64,000 bases of DNA from Octopus vulgaris (Eukaryota): the NCBI GenBank assembly GCA_951406725.2, contig OX597819.1, positions 122,574,001-122,638,000 of the forward strand, given 5' to 3'. A program made the position numbers and the translations under genes. The notes under the pieces are model-generated. The model searched no databases and was not told where the DNA came from. It worked only from the letters and a program-made list of their open reading frames with translations. Positions 1 through 13,899 of this stretch are shown here, piece after piece. Position 1 is the first letter of the stretch, and the number at the start of each line of letters is the position of its first letter.

Positions 1-233
1 TTTTGTTGTTGTTGTTGTTGCTGATGCTGTTGTTGTTGTTTTTGTTGTTGTTGTTGTTACTGCTGATGCTGTTGCTCTTGTTGTTGTTGTTTTTGTTGTT
101 GTTGTTGTTGCTGATGCTGTTGTTGTTGTTTTTGTTGTTGTTGTTGTTACTGCTGATGCTGTTGCTCTTGTTGTTGTTGTTTTTTTTGTTGTTGTTGTTG
201 TTGTTGTTTTTGTTTTTGTTGTTGTTGTTGTTG

Positions 234-268
<35 letters not shown>
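1..268. repeat. (TTG)n/(CTG)n compound microsatellite
   Basis: Directly visible; explains the poly-Leu ORF 3..338. Confidence 0.95.
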
Positions 269-269
<1 letters not shown>

Positions 270-482
270 TCAACTGGCAGAATCGTTAGCACGCCATGCA
301 AGATGCTTAACGCCATTTCGTCCGCCTTTACGTTTTGATTTCGAATTTCGCCGAATTCGACTTTGCCTTTCATACTTTCGGAGTCATTAAAATAAGTACC
401 AGTTGAACAGTGGGAAGGGGAGGGGGCGATGCAACCAACTTATCCCCTCTCACGAAATAGTTGCCCTTGTGGCAAAATTTGA
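270..482 (+). mobile_element. tRNA-derived SINE-A, diverged copy (duplicate at ~3693-3905)
   Basis: ctggcagaatcgttagcacg head and gactttgcctttcat..aagtaccag core shared with other SINE-A copies. Confidence 0.75.
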
Positions 483-496
483 AACCATTATTATTT

Positions 497-907
497 TTTT
501 CCCCTTCTTTCTTCAAATTTTCTTCCATTTCTCGCCGAGTGTTTTCCGTACACCTAGGGCAGAGAAGCTCATTATATGCGTTCCCAGATTACACACGCAA
601 ATTCACAGGTAAAATATGTATTAAAAAAAACTAAATATAAATAAATTCATGAATGGATGTTGTTTTCACAGCGATAATGCTCTTCTCAGTACATGAGCCG
701 TTCCAGTTAACACGATTTTTTGCACTAGGGATAGTAAGCCTAATATCATTTTCAAATAGGTTTCAATACCTTTTTTTTTTAAATCATTCCTAGAGATCCT
801 ACAATCACTGGTACTGTAGTCGCCCTGAGATGCCACTTTTTCAATTTCTATTAGCAAGTCTTTGCTGATATTGTCAAATTCTTTCGCCGCTATATTGTGA
901 TCCCAGT
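497..907 (-). mobile_element. 5'-truncated R4/Dong-like LINE, family D (duplicate ~3920-4333)
   Basis: C-terminal peptide VQKIVLTGTAHVLRRALSL*; 3'UTR matches 19250-19430; bounded by (TTA)n. Confidence 0.85.
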
Positions 908-908
908 G

Positions 909-982
<74 letters not shown>

Positions 983-986
<4 letters not shown>

Positions 987-1733
987 TAGTTTTATTTTTA
1001 TAGCGTGCTTTCACTTCACTACCGAGCGCAGCTCTGTGTGCCTTGGGTATGTGCTGTGATTTGTTGTGATGCTCTGATGGTTATTGTATGGAAAGTGTTC
1101 TGCGTAGGATGTGTGCAGTGCCTAGTAGTGCAATTTTCTGTATGTTATATGTGTTTGTAAGTCCTGGTGTTTTTGTTATGTATTTGTCTGAATATTTTTT
1201 TATCATGCCTAATGCACCTACTATGATAGGATTGTTTCTGTTTTCAGGTTCCACATTCTAGTTACCTCTATTTCCAGGTCTTTGTATTTTGAGAGTTTCT
1301 CCATTTCTTTTAGAGACACGTTGTCATCTGCCGGTATTGATACATCAATTAGAAAGCATTTTTTTTTTCATGATCTCTAACAACTATATCTGGTCTGTTG
1401 GCCTTAATTTCTCTATCTGTGTGTATCGGCATATCCCACAGTATGGTTGCTTTCTCGTTTTCTGTGACCTTTTCTGGTGTGTGCCTATACCATCTTTTTT
1501 CTGTTGTTATTCCATAATGTTGGCATAGCTTCCAATGTATGTAGGTTCCAACTCTGTCATGTCTGTGAATATATTCCTTCTTAGCCAGGACTGGGCAGCT
1601 AGAGATAATATGATTTATTGTTTCTTGTCCATCTCCACATATTCTGCAGTTACTTGTAATATTTCTTTTCATTACATGTTTTTGGTAATTTCTGGTGGGG
1701 AGGCTTTGGTCTTGTGCTGCAATTAAAAATCCC

Positions 1734-1734
<1 letters not shown>
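983..1734 (-). mobile_element. 5'-truncated R4/Dong-like LINE, family A (duplicate ~4415-5158)
   Basis: GFLIAAQDQ, CRICGDGQETINHIISSC (CCHC), [24 protein letters not shown] (RLE); flanked by (TTA)n on both sides. Confidence 0.9.
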
Positions 1735-1772
<38 letters not shown>

Positions 1773-1773
<1 letters not shown>

Positions 1774-2042
1774 TTTTTTTTTCTTTCAAATTTGCTTCCA
1801 TTTCTTGCCGAGTGTCTTCCCGACTCCTAGGGCAAAGAAACTCATAGTATACATTGGTAGGCCATTAAACCAAACTCAGTAGTTCGTTCATTTTTTAAAT
1901 TTTTTTTTAAGTTAAATTAAAATACATGAGCAGCAACAGTTCTCACATCGACAATGCTCTTCTCAGTACGTGTGATGTACCAGTTAAGACAATCTTTTGC
2001 ACTTCTTGCAGGGATGGTAAGCCAGGGATCATTCTCATAAAA

Positions 2043-2043
<1 letters not shown>
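1773..2043 (-). mobile_element. 5'-truncated R4/Dong-like LINE, family B (duplicate ~5197-5465)
   Basis: MIPGLPSLQEVQKIVLTGTSHVLRRALSM*; near-identical to 17358-17640; flanked by (TTA)n. Confidence 0.85.
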
Positions 2044-2100
<57 letters not shown>

Positions 2101-3029
2101 GTTATTATTTTCATTTATGGCGCCTGGATAACATTTATATGATCAAAGTTAATTGCACATCAATTTTGGGTCCCAATTGACTTCTGGCTACTTTCAAACC
2201 ACACTCGGCCACTGGCTTCACTTCCTCCCCACCCTTTCGTCAAACATTCCCAGTTTTTTTATGCCATCACCGTTCTTCACCTTCAGTGATGTCTACTGAA
2301 ATTCTTCCTGCTTTCATCAACAACTCCTCCATTCTCGCCATGGCATTGTCATACATATACATACAAGACATGCATACATACATACATACATACATACATA
2401 CATACATACATACATACATACACACACACTTACATATCTACATACATATATATATATACACTTTGGGTATGGTAGATGAGTTCAGCAGAAATTTAGATTC
2501 AGATGAATATGGTACTTAAATTGAGGCACCAGAATTTAATACGGTATTATCCATACAATTTCAAAGTAAGGTGATTAAAATCAAAATAAGCAGCAAGGAT
2601 ATCCAGAGGTAACGCAGTACGATCGTTTCATGCAACTCCATTTAATTCAACAATGCAACCACACATATATACAATAGAACCGCATAGTACTAGTGTCTCA
2701 TTGTACGAGTAATTTGCTGTGAGAGCCGAGACTCGTGCGAATTTTTGTTTTGCATTATTGTTTAACTATGGCCATGATGGAGCACCGTTTTAAAGGGCTT
2801 TTTCTTCGGAACTTAATCTTTGTAAGTCTAGCATTTATTCTATCGGTATCTTTTGCACACACACACGCACACTCAATGCTTCACCAAAAAGGAGAATTAT
2901 ATTGTCACTAAATGTTAGGAAATATCTACATTGCTAGAAATAAGAGCTGAAACGCTCCAATGGTTGAGTTAATGCACATGAATGGAAACATGCACTAACA
3001 GGGAACATCATTGTCTGAAAAATGCCGTT

Positions 3030-3030
<1 letters not shown>

Positions 3031-3127
<97 letters not shown>

Positions 3128-3175
3128 GCACACACACACACACACGCACACTCACTCACACACACACACACACAT

Positions 3176-3245
<70 letters not shown>

Positions 3246-3272
3246 ACACACACACACACACATACGCACACA
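3031..3272. repeat. (CA)n microsatellite (duplicate ~6479-6716)
   Basis: Directly visible. Confidence 0.95.
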
Positions 3273-3397
3273 TATACCGGAGTAAGCACATAAATGCTAA
3301 ACAAAACTGTCCGACGAACGGGAACGTGAAACTCTGAGTAACAGTTTTTGTGATATTTCTGCAGGTTTTTAATAATATATATATATATATATATATA

Positions 3398-3555
3398 AGA
3401 CGGGCTTCTTTCAGTTTCCCTCTACCAAATCCACTCGCAATGCTTTGGTTGGCCCAAGGTTATAGTAGAAGACACTTTCCCAAGGTACCATAGGATTGAA
3501 CTTAAAACCATATGGTTAGGAAGCATGGTTCTTACCACTCAATCACACCTGCGCA
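3398..3555 (-). mobile_element. SINE-B 5' portion (duplicate ~6844-7000)
   Basis: Reverse complement of the aggcgcagg..ccttgggcaagtgtcttct..gaaagaagcccgtc head seen at 32594 and 59579. Confidence 0.75.
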
Positions 3556-3582
3556 TATTATTATTAATATTCTTCTCCTCCT

Positions 3583-3682
3583 NNNNNNNNNNNNNNNNNN
3601 NNNNNNNNNNNNNNNNNNNNNNNNNNNNNNNNNNNNNNNNNNNNNNNNNNNNNNNNNNNNNNNNNNNNNNNNNNNNNNNNNN
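3583..3682. other. Assembly gap (100 N)
   Basis: Run of N. Confidence 1.
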
Positions 3683-4334
3683 GCTGCTGCTGTCAACTGG
3701 CAGAATCGTTAGCACGCCATGCAAGATGCTTAACGCCATTTCGTCCGCCTTTACGTTTTGATTTCGAATTTCGCCGAATTCGACTTTGCCTTTCATACTT
3801 TCGGAGTCATTAAAATAAGTACCAGTTGAACAGTGGGAAGGGGAGGGGGCGATGCAACCAACTTATCCCCTCTCACGAAATAGTTGCCCTTGTGGCAAAA
3901 TTTGAAACCATTATTATTTTTTTCCCCTTCTTTCTTCAAATTTTCTTCCATTTCTCGCCGAGTGTTTTCCGTACACCTAGGGCAGAGAAGCTCATTATAT
4001 GCGTTCCCAGATTACACACGCAAATTCACAGGTAAAATATGTATTAAAAAAAACTAAATATAAATAAATTCATGAATGGATGTTGTTTTCACAGCGATAA
4101 TGCTCTTCTCAGTACATGAGCCGTTCCAGTTAACACGATTTTTTGCAGTAGGGATAGTAAGCCTAATATCATTTTCAAATAGGTTTCAGTACCTTTTTTT
4201 TTTTAAATCATTCCTAGAGATCCTACAATCACTGGTACTGTAGTCGCCCTGAGATGCCACTTTTTTCAATTTCTATTAGCAAGTCTTTGCTGATATTGTC
4301 AAATTCTTTCGCCGCTATATTGTGATCCCAGGGA

Positions 4335-4418
<84 letters not shown>

Positions 4419-5157
4419 TAGTTTTATTTTTATAGCGTGCTTTCACTTCACTACCGAGCGCAGCTCTGTGTGCCTTGGGTATGTGCTGTGATTTGTTGTG
4501 ATGCTCTGATGGTTATTGTATGGAAAGTGTTCTGCGTAGGATGTGTGCAGTGCCTAGTAGTGCAATTTTCTGTATGTTATATGTGTTTGTAAGTCCTGGT
4601 GTTTTTGTTATGTATTTGTCTGAATATTTTTTTATCATGCCTAATGCACCTACTATGATAGGATTGTTTCTGTTTTCAGGTTCCACATTCTAGTTACCTC
4701 TATTTCCAGGTCTTTGTATTTTGAGAGTTTCTCCATTTCTTTTAGAGACACGTTGTCATCTGCCGGTATTGATACATCAATTAGAAAGCATTTTTTTTTT
4801 TCATGATCTCTAACAACTATATCTGGTCTGTTGGCCTTAATTTCTCTATCTGTGTGTATCGGCATATCCCACAGTATGGTTGCTTTCTCGTTTTCTGTGA
4901 CCTTTTCTGGTGTGTGCCTATACCATCTTTTTTCTGTTGTTATTCCATAATGTTGGCATAGCTTCCAATGTATGTAGGTTCCAACTCTGTCATGTCTGTG
5001 AATATATTCCTTCTTTGGGCAGCTAGAGATAATATGATTTATTGTTTCTTGTCCATCTCCACATATTCTGCAGTTACTTGTAATATTTCTTTTCATTACA
5101 TGTTTTTGGTAATTTCTGGTGGGGAGGCTTTGGTCTTGTGCTGCAATTAAAAATCCC

Positions 5158-5197
<40 letters not shown>

Positions 5198-5468
5198 TTT
5201 TTTTTTCTTTCAAATTTGCTTCCATTTCTTGCCGAGTGTCTTCCCGACTCCTAGGGCAAAGAAACTCATAGTATACATTGGTAGGCCATTAAACCAAACT
5301 CAGTAGTTCGTTCATTTTTTAAATTTTTTTTTAAGTTAAATTAAAATACATGAGCAGCAACAGTTCTCACATCGACAATGCTCTTCTCAATACGTGTGAT
5401 GTACCAGTTAAGACAATTTTTTGCACTTCTTGCAGGGATGGTAAGCCAGGGATCATTCTCATGAAATA

Positions 5469-5528
<60 letters not shown>

Positions 5529-6478
5529 TATTATTATTATTATTATTCATTTTCATTTATGGCGCCTGGATAACATTTATATGATCAAAGTTAATTGCAC
5601 ATCAATTTTGGGTCCCAATTGACTTCTGGCTACTTTCAAACCACACTCGGCCACTGGCTTCACTTCCTCCCCACCCTTTCGTCAAACATTCCCAGTTTTT
5701 TTATGCCATCACCGTTCTTCACCTTCAGTGATGTCTACTGAAATTCTTCCTGCTTTCATCAACAACTCCTCCATTCTCGCCATGGCATTGTCATACATAT
5801 ACATACAAGACATGCATACATACATACATACATACATACATACATACATACATACATACATACATACACACACACTTACATATCTACATACATATATATA
5901 TATACACTTTGGGTATGGTAGATGAGTTCAGCAGAAATTTAGATTCAGATGAATATGGTACTTAAATTGAGGCACCAGAATTTAATACGGTATTATCCAT
6001 ACAATTTCAAAGTAAGGTGATTAAAATCAAAATAAGCAGCAAGGATATCCAGAGGTAACGCAGTACGATCGTTTCATGCAACTCCATTTAATTCAACAAT
6101 GCAACCACACATATATACAATAGAACCGCATAGTACTAGTGTCTCATTGTACGAGTAATTTGCTGTGAGAGCCGAGACTCGTGCGAATTTTTGTTTTGCA
6201 TTATTGTTTAACTATGGCCATGATGGAGCACCGTTTTAAAGGGCTTTTTCTTCGGAACTTAATCTTTGTAAGTCTAGCATTTATTCTATCGGTATCTTTT
6301 GCACACACACACGCACACTCAATGCTTCACCAAAAAGGAGAATTATATTGTCACTAAATGTTAGGAAATATCTACATTGCTAGAAATAAGAACTGAAACG
6401 CTCCAATGGTTGAGTTAATGCACATGAATGGAAACATGCACTAACAGGGAACGTCATGGTCTGAAAAATGCCGTTGCA

Positions 6479-6576
<98 letters not shown>

Positions 6577-6628
6577 GCACACACACACACACACGCACAC
6601 TCACTCACACACACACACACACACACAT

Positions 6629-6710
<82 letters not shown>

Positions 6711-7014
6711 GCACACATATACCGGAGTAAGCACATAAATGCTAAACAAAACTGTCCGACGAACGGGAACGTGAAACTCTGAGTAACAGTTTTTGTGATA
6801 TTTCTGCAGGTTTTTAATAATATATATATATATATATATATAAGACGGGCTTCTTTCAGTTTCCCTCTACCAAATCCACTCGCAATGCTTTGGTTGGCCC
6901 AAGGTTATAGTAGAAGACACTTTCCCAAGGTACCATAGGATTGAACTTAAAACCATATGGTTAGGAAGCATGGTTCTTACCACTCAATCACACCTGCGCA
7001 TATTATTATTAATA

Positions 7015-7046
7015 TTCTTCTCCTCCTCCTCCTCCTCCTCCTCCTT

Positions 7047-7121
<75 letters not shown>

Positions 7122-7485
7122 ATTATTATTATTATTATTATTATCATTATTATTATTATTATTATCATTATTATTATTATTATCATTATTATTATTATTA
7201 TCATTATTATTATTATCATTATCATTATTATTATCATTATTATCATTATTATTATCATTATTATCATTATTATTATCATTATTATCATCATTATTATCAT
7301 TATTATTATTATTATCATTATTATTATTATTATTATCATTATTATTATTATTATTATCATTATTATTATTATTATCATTATTATTATTATTATCATTATT
7401 ATTATTATTATTATCATTATTATTATTATTATTATCATTATTATTATTATTATCATTATTATTATTATCATTATCATTATTATTA

Positions 7486-7570
<85 letters not shown>

Positions 7571-7583
7571 CATCATTATTATT
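7015..7583. repeat. Compound triplet microsatellite (TCC)(TTC)(TTA/TCA)n
   Basis: Directly visible. Confidence 0.95.
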
Positions 7584-7892
7584 GAGTGAGAGAGTAGCGC
7601 ATGCCATCAAAGTGACACTAGGGTAAAATATATGAAGCCCAGTATACCCGTCATGACTACCCATCTGATAAGGGTACACCAGACACATGCATCGCAACTA
7701 CATATGCGCAACATGGTGATCTCATATCAAGATAAACAGCGCATGACCTGGGACCCAGTTAGAATTTTCTTTAGGTCGACTTGTTAATCCCGCTCAAAAG
7801 GTCCCTGAATAACGGTCGTTTAATGATGTTGAACGAAACACCCATGTTTCCAGAGGTGAATTATTCAAGCCCCAAAGAATTCCGATCAACAC
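7584..7892 (-). mobile_element. Non-coding (TAA)n-associated dispersed repeat, partial copy
   Basis: Matches 30350-30825 (+) and 53152-53685 (-); ends ctctctcactc-(AAT)n. Confidence 0.8.
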
Positions 7893-8400
7893 GTGGACAG
7901 CCAGAGATAATGTGGTCGAGTGTCTCATTGTTCTGGTTGCACATTCAGCATTTGGCCTGTTTTCATTATTTTGCTTTTATAATTGTCTCTGGTCAGGCAT
8001 TGTGCAACGAGAATCAGTCCTTCTGTATCAGCTTTTAGCACAGAGCTTTTAAGCCATCGTTGGCAGTTGTTGTTCTCTGTGAAGCCTTGCATGGTATTGG
8101 CCACGGAGTGATTTTTCTCTCCATTTCATCTCTAGTATCTTTTGTAGATCTGTTTCCATGTTTTCTTTTGTTTTTTGTTTCTTTTCTTTGATCATTTCTG
8201 CTATGTTGTCATCTGAGATCAATGTCTCAGTGTAGTTGGTTCTGTTTTGTATTTTGTCGCCTCATAGAAAATAAGGAAGCGTTTTCTTCTTTTCGTGTTG
8301 CTTCATTGCATCTAGTAGTCATCACTTTTTATTTGTAATATTTTTCTAGTCCGACTTTTGTTATGTTATAGTAGTTCTCTATGTGCGCCAGGCCTCCTCT
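7893..8400 (-). mobile_element. Degenerate R4/Dong-like LINE fragment (post-RT to CCHC)
   Basis: Hand translation: GGLAHIENYYNITKVGLEKY, QRWLKSSVLKADTEGLILVAQ, NETLDHIISGCP; disrupted by stops and frameshifts. Confidence 0.75.
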
Positions 8401-9483
8401 TCTTCTTCTTCTTCTTAATATTATTTTCTCTTTATCACAAGTTTTGATGGAGCTCTTGGAGACTTGCATGCGTAGCGGACTTACAACCTGCAGCCTACGG
8501 TACCATGCTATTCGTTCTTTTGCAGCTATCTAATGCTTTCCTGATGCGCATAAACACAAGCACGTACACATACAGACAGATATTCATCTGTGTAGAGGGA
8601 GAAAAATGTAGGTGGCGTTGCAATAAATATCGCTAAAAATGTGATACAAGGGGACGACAGCAAAGGAATATACGGTAAAACAATGGACGCCTATAATTCC
8701 TCACTTCATCACTTATCGACTAAATATCATCGCAGTTTTGACACCTGATATTGTTCAATTTATCGGTGTCTGTAACATGAGAGGACACGATAGACGAATA
8801 CCTTCAGCCATACCGTTTAGATGTCAATATTATCGTTAAAAATCTCCAGATAATTGATTAACAATACCGGAATGAATATTCACAATAGAGTAATGCTCCA
8901 TTATTTTGACAAATAAACTCTTGTATATATGTCATCTCTGCAACTCTTAAACCGTATTTTGAAGGTATGAAAGAGATAAATAAAGGCAAGATAAAGAAAA
9001 AGAAAATCTTCTATCGGGTACTTGAATGCGGGAATATGTTCGTTGATCTACGGATATCTAGAAGTTTATAAATTTATAATTATAATAAATATAAATAATT
9101 GTGTAATCTATGATTATAAATAATTGTTTATTGATTGGAACATAAGTATGCATGCACACACAAAGATATGTGTCAATATGTGTAAGTTGTTTGTCTTATT
9201 ACTTAGTGAAAACACGGTAGATAGTTTACTGGTGTTTGGATGTTTGATATATCGGTTGTTTTTATATTTAACTAGATTTGTTTAAATCTGTATCTAGTTA
9301 TTGTTATAATTGTTTTTCGGGTTCTCAAAGCCATATTAGCTTTATCTGTATTAATTAGATTTATATAGATTAGACTTCATGTTGCTGATGATGCTGAGAG
9401 GACGGACTTAATATCTAAAACTAGATACTTGATCCACTTGGCGGGCCTTCAATCAGCGAGGCGGACCTGTACGCTGTAATACT

Positions 9484-9898
9484 TATTTCTTTACTACCCA
9501 CAAGGGGCTAAACATAGAGGGGACAAACAAGGACAGACATAGATATTAAGTCGATTACATCGACCCCAGTGCGTAACTGGTACTTAATTTATCGACCCCG
9601 AAAGGATGAAAGGCAAAGTCGACCTCGGTGGAATTTGAACTCAGAACATAACGGCAGACGAAATACCTATTTCTTTATTACCCACAAGGGGCTAAACACA
9701 GAGAGGACAAACAAGGACAGACATAGGTATTAAGTCGATTAAATCGACCCCAGTGCGTAACTGGTACTTAATTTATCGACCCCGAAAGGATGAAAGGCAA
9801 AGTCGACCTCGACGGAATTTGAACTCACAACGTAACGCAGACGAAATACTGCTAAGCATTTCGCCCGGCGTGCTAACGTTTCTGCCAGCTCGCCGCCT
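9484..9898 (-). mobile_element. SINE-A, two-unit copy with TSD
   Basis: Head ggcggcgagctggcagaaacg; ~180-bp body repeated; flanking direct repeat tgtacgctgtaatact (~9468 and ~9906). Confidence 0.9.
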
Positions 9899-10154
9899 TA
9901 TACTTGTACGCTGTAATACTGTTGAGAAGAAGGTCCCAAGACAGCACGTTCTGTCCTGATGACCTCTGAAATATGTATTAGATTAGACTTCAGGGTGAAG
10001 ATTACTTTGAGAGATTAAGGGTTTATGAATTATAGGCAGACTAATTCTACACGTGGCTAGGAATGAATAAGATCGTATCCTACAATGTCACGCAAAGATC
10101 GTGTAATCATAGAATATAACATCCAAATAAAAGATATAAAAGATTATAAGAATT

Positions 10155-10556
10155 CAATGTTATTGTCAGTGCGAATATGCCTGATGCACGTTCGAACTGG
10201 GGAACAAGCTACTCATTGCGTTTTGTCACGGAGAATATATCTCGCTTGTTGGCAAATGGTGTATGTACACCTAGGTCAGCTCGCAGCGCCATCTACGTAG
10301 AAAAGCATAAGAGAGGCAATCTCTTTAATCAGCTCTTAGCGTCGTCGTCTGCCTAATGTTTGTGACCTATGAGGAGATAACTACTCCGAAATGCAAGCAT
10401 CTCATGGTGTCGGTAGATGGCGCTGTGAGCTGATCTCAGTATATACACACACTATTTGTTAACAAGCGAGATATATTCTCCGTGACAAAACGCAGTAAGT
10501 AGCTTGTTCCTCAGTTCGAACGTGCATCAGGCGTATTCGGACTGTTAATAACATTG
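10155..10556. mobile_element. Foldback/MITE-like element with ~140-bp inverted arms
   Basis: ~10155-10297 is the imperfect reverse complement of ~10413-10556 (e.g. gcctgatgcacgttcgaactg / cagttcgaacgtgcatcaggc). Confidence 0.85.
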
Positions 10557-10932
10557 CAGTTTTACTTACCACTGCTTAACGCTTCCCCCTCCATAAACAG
10601 AATTCACTATTGAACACACTGTGGTTTGCTGTAATAGAGCGCATGCTAAGATTTGACTGGGCATTAGATGCATCGTGGATCACTGATGTTAAAACCGGAA
10701 AACTATTAGCCACGTTCATAGCATATCTTCGTTATCTGCATAATTATTTCAACCAACGAGAAAATGCACTTAAGCGAAATCGACTTAACTATGGAATTAT
10801 GAAAACACAAATATCTATACTTGAAGAATTTCACCAATGAAAAGCCTCTTTCTACTTCGGCTGAGTTTACTACATTTGTATTCAAAATTCATGTCGCAAT
10901 TCCGAGAAGTATCGGACGTAAGAAGAAACCTG

Positions 10933-11357
10933 GGATCTTTTCGGTTTGAACGGCAGTTTTTTTAAAAATAATTTCCACGTAACTAAAAACTTTTAAACTT
11001 CGTATACTGGTAGAATGTGTTTATAAAACATCTTTTTCTCTTGGTTTTATTGAGAAAATTCTATAGTTTGTAAGATATTTGTTGTTTTTTCTTCAATGTC
11101 TGCAATTGCAACCAATCAATGACGTCTATTGAGGTGAAAACATTCTGTGCCGTATGAATATGTCCCTCGTTTAAGAAACAGATTGGGTTTATTTACATTT
11201 GTGAAGAAAAAAAAGATACCCTTCCCCGCCCCTAACCCTTACTAACCCTAACCCTAAAACAGAACGAAATGCAATAGATCGATACTAGGGTCATAATTAT
11301 GGGTGACAATTTCATATGACACCGCTAAAAAAACTGCCGTTCAAACCGAAAAGATCC
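10933..11357. mobile_element. MITE, Merlin-like (GG termini, 8-bp TSD)
   Basis: ~30-bp perfect TIR ggatcttttcggtttgaacggcagtttttt; TSD gaaacctg at 10925-10932 and 11358-11365; superfamily assignment is inference. Confidence 0.85.
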
Positions 11358-12129
11358 GAAACCTGTTTAGAGAAGTAATGTTTAAGTATGAGGTAGGTAC
11401 TGTATAGGAGGTCACACCTGATGACCTCAGAAATATATTAACATTTGGTACGCGGTACTTCGGATTGGCAGCACTTACACAAACAAACTAATTGCAAAGC
11501 TCAATCGGATTCTATTTTCTATATTGTTAAGAGTATCATTTAAATCAATTAAAAAGTTTAGAACTATATTAAAATCATCCATTCTTTTTACTTAAAATTA
11601 AAATGGCCACGGGCGTTGCCTTTATCACATCATTCACGTGGCGTCAAATTGAATTTTCACTTATCCACCAGACCGAATCTCTTCAACCGCTTCCTGTTTT
11701 CTTATGAAGCTCCCATGCTCCAACGTTCTTTATCAGTTGCAGCCATTTTTTTTTTAACTTACAAGACGTGAATCTCTGCTGAGTGTCTTTAATTTTCCTC
11801 TTGCCGAATATTTGCTTACCAAGTTTCAAAGACGTTCTGATTTCTCCAGTGTTCCATGAGATAAGATCTAAAATATCAAAGAAGCAACCCAGTTGATCTC
11901 TTTGCTGCAAAATGTTCACCTTTGTGTATCTCTTAGAAATTAAGTTTTCCTTAACTCATTCATTTTACATTAATTTTTCCATGCTAGCATGAGTTAGACA
12001 AATATACATTCAAGCAATATTTTACAGTTAGATGATCTTCCTTCTGCTAATCTTTATCAAATTATGTATCCTCTGTGTGAAACGTCTAGCTGCATACAAG
12101 TTAGCATATGTCAGGTGCATACAGTTGAC

Positions 12130-12548
12130 AACAGAGTTAATTTAGATTTTTTCAGTGAGTTCTATTCAACACATGTTTACACATGGAATCCATTAGATGA
12201 AGGCATTTTCAAAGTTTTGGCCAATAAAGTTAAACTAAAAAACCCTACAACGAGGCATGAATTGCACGAAGCCGTCTTGCAGTCTTGGGAAAAACTATCT
12301 GAGCGGAAAATTCGTGGATGTATTCAACATCAAACTCGTGTTCGGCGTCAAATAGTTGACTGTCGTGGTGGTAACAGATTCGTGTAATAAATTTTGTGCT
12401 TATTTTTGTTTCATAATATATATTTTTTCGGATGCAGCCAGACTTTTCACACATAAAATACTATGTTATTTACACAATATATTTAGCTTCATTTAGAAAA
12501 ATTTGAGCCCTTTCTAAAAAATTATATCTCCCACTTAACGTGGATAAC
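12130..12548 (+). mobile_element. Tc1/mariner-superfamily transposase C-terminal remnant
   Basis: NPLDEGIFKVLANKV..NPTTRHELHEAVLQSWEKL..IRGCI..VDCRGG resembles the Tc1-type C-terminus. Confidence 0.6.
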
Positions 12549-13363
12549 ATTTTGTATAAAGACTACTTCTGGCGTAATTAATTACTCTTTTTAATCATTT
12601 TATCTGTGCCGTATTCACTCAATCATTTAATTTTCTTCAAATTCCATCCATTTAAAAGCATATTTTTGCACCGCTTAATCAACATTTCAGAGCATTTACT
12701 AACGCTACAAATTACTCTAAAAAGGTTAATTTATTATACTAACGAACACTTTATTAATTACTAATGTACGCTTATTTTTCAACCGTTTTCACTTTGCGAG
12801 GAAACTTATATACGTATCAACATATAATATTTAACACTTTTTAAAAGCGTTTTGAAAGAGTAGATTGATATCTCGACGGTAATTTGGTGGACTTGAAGCT
12901 ACAAGAATAAAGACAGGTACAATACATCAAACAACTGTCACCAGGGAGTCATAAGTGTGTTTGTGTATGTGTGTGTGTATACGTTGCAGTTGTTTTACTT
13001 GTACTTTCTTCCTTCTTTCTTTCATTTATTTCTTCCTTTCATTCTTTCTTCCCCTTTACTCTTCCTTTCCATTCCACTGCACCGTTTCTCCTTCTTTCTT
13101 CGTCGCTACTTGTCCAATGCCTCTGTGTGTCCTCCTACGCACGCCTTTCCAATCACACGCATGCCCGCACAAACGTGTTTAACACAAACACGCTTCCTCT
13201 GCGTCTCTTTCTGTACATCTCTCTTTCCTCCTCTCTCAGCATCTTATTAGCTACCGGTTGTGTGTGTGTGTGTGTGTGTGTGAGAGTGTGTGTGTGTGTG
13301 TGAGAGTGTGTGTGTGTGTGTGTGAGAGTGTGTGTGTGTGTGTGCACACACTCATATACATAC

Positions 13364-13400
<37 letters not shown>

Positions 13401-13410
<10 letters not shown>

Positions 13411-13482
13411 AATAGTAAAAAGTGAAAAAACTACAGAACACGCCTTCTGTAGTTTTTTCACTTTTTACTATTTTCTATATAT
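13401..13482. repeat. Perfect 38-bp inverted repeat with 6-nt loop
   Basis: 13401-13438 is the exact reverse complement of 13445-13482. Confidence 0.95.
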
Positions 13483-13515
13483 TCAACCACGTGCTTTCAC
13501 AAACCAACTTTCTCA

Positions 13516-13558
<43 letters not shown>

Positions 13559-13660
13559 GCACATATTCTATACATGATACATATATATCATACATAATAT
13601 ACATCATATATATAATATATAAATATATACATAACTATTCTATACATTATACATACATAC

Positions 13661-13706
<46 letters not shown>

Positions 13707-13799
13707 GTGTTTTTTTTTAGATATTCTTATTTTATACATACATATATATATACATGTATATGTATGTATGTACATGTATATATATGCATATATATTTTC

Positions 13800-13899
<100 letters not shown>

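Larger units (their letters stand above)
260..7027. repeat. ~3.3-kb direct duplication (260-3582 vs 3683-7027) flanking a 100-N gap
   Basis: Near-identical sequence and repeated ORFs (403..612 = 3826..4035); copies differ by SNPs, a 9-bp indel and microsatellite lengths. Confidence 0.93.

Noticed and set aside
2614-2656. Minus-strand hammerhead-like motif (TTGTTGA..GAAAC-GATC-GTA)
   Set aside because: The core is doubly mutated and stem II does not pair; it cannot be supported without a family consensus
4653-5225. 190-aa ORF with poly-Asn N-terminus (also 1349..1801)
   Set aside because: Chance read-through of a family-B 3'UTR and (AAT)n into a truncated family-A LINE frame; not a gene
11230-11257. 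CCCTAA repeats as a telomere or fusion scar
   Set aside because: Only a few units, located inside a TIR/TSD-bounded MITE
9950-11435. cctgatgacctc(t/a)gaaat motifs at ~9955 and ~11417 as hammerheads
   Set aside because: There is no pairing stem II between CTGATGA and GAAA; the second motif is simply a gaggtca/tgacctc hairpin
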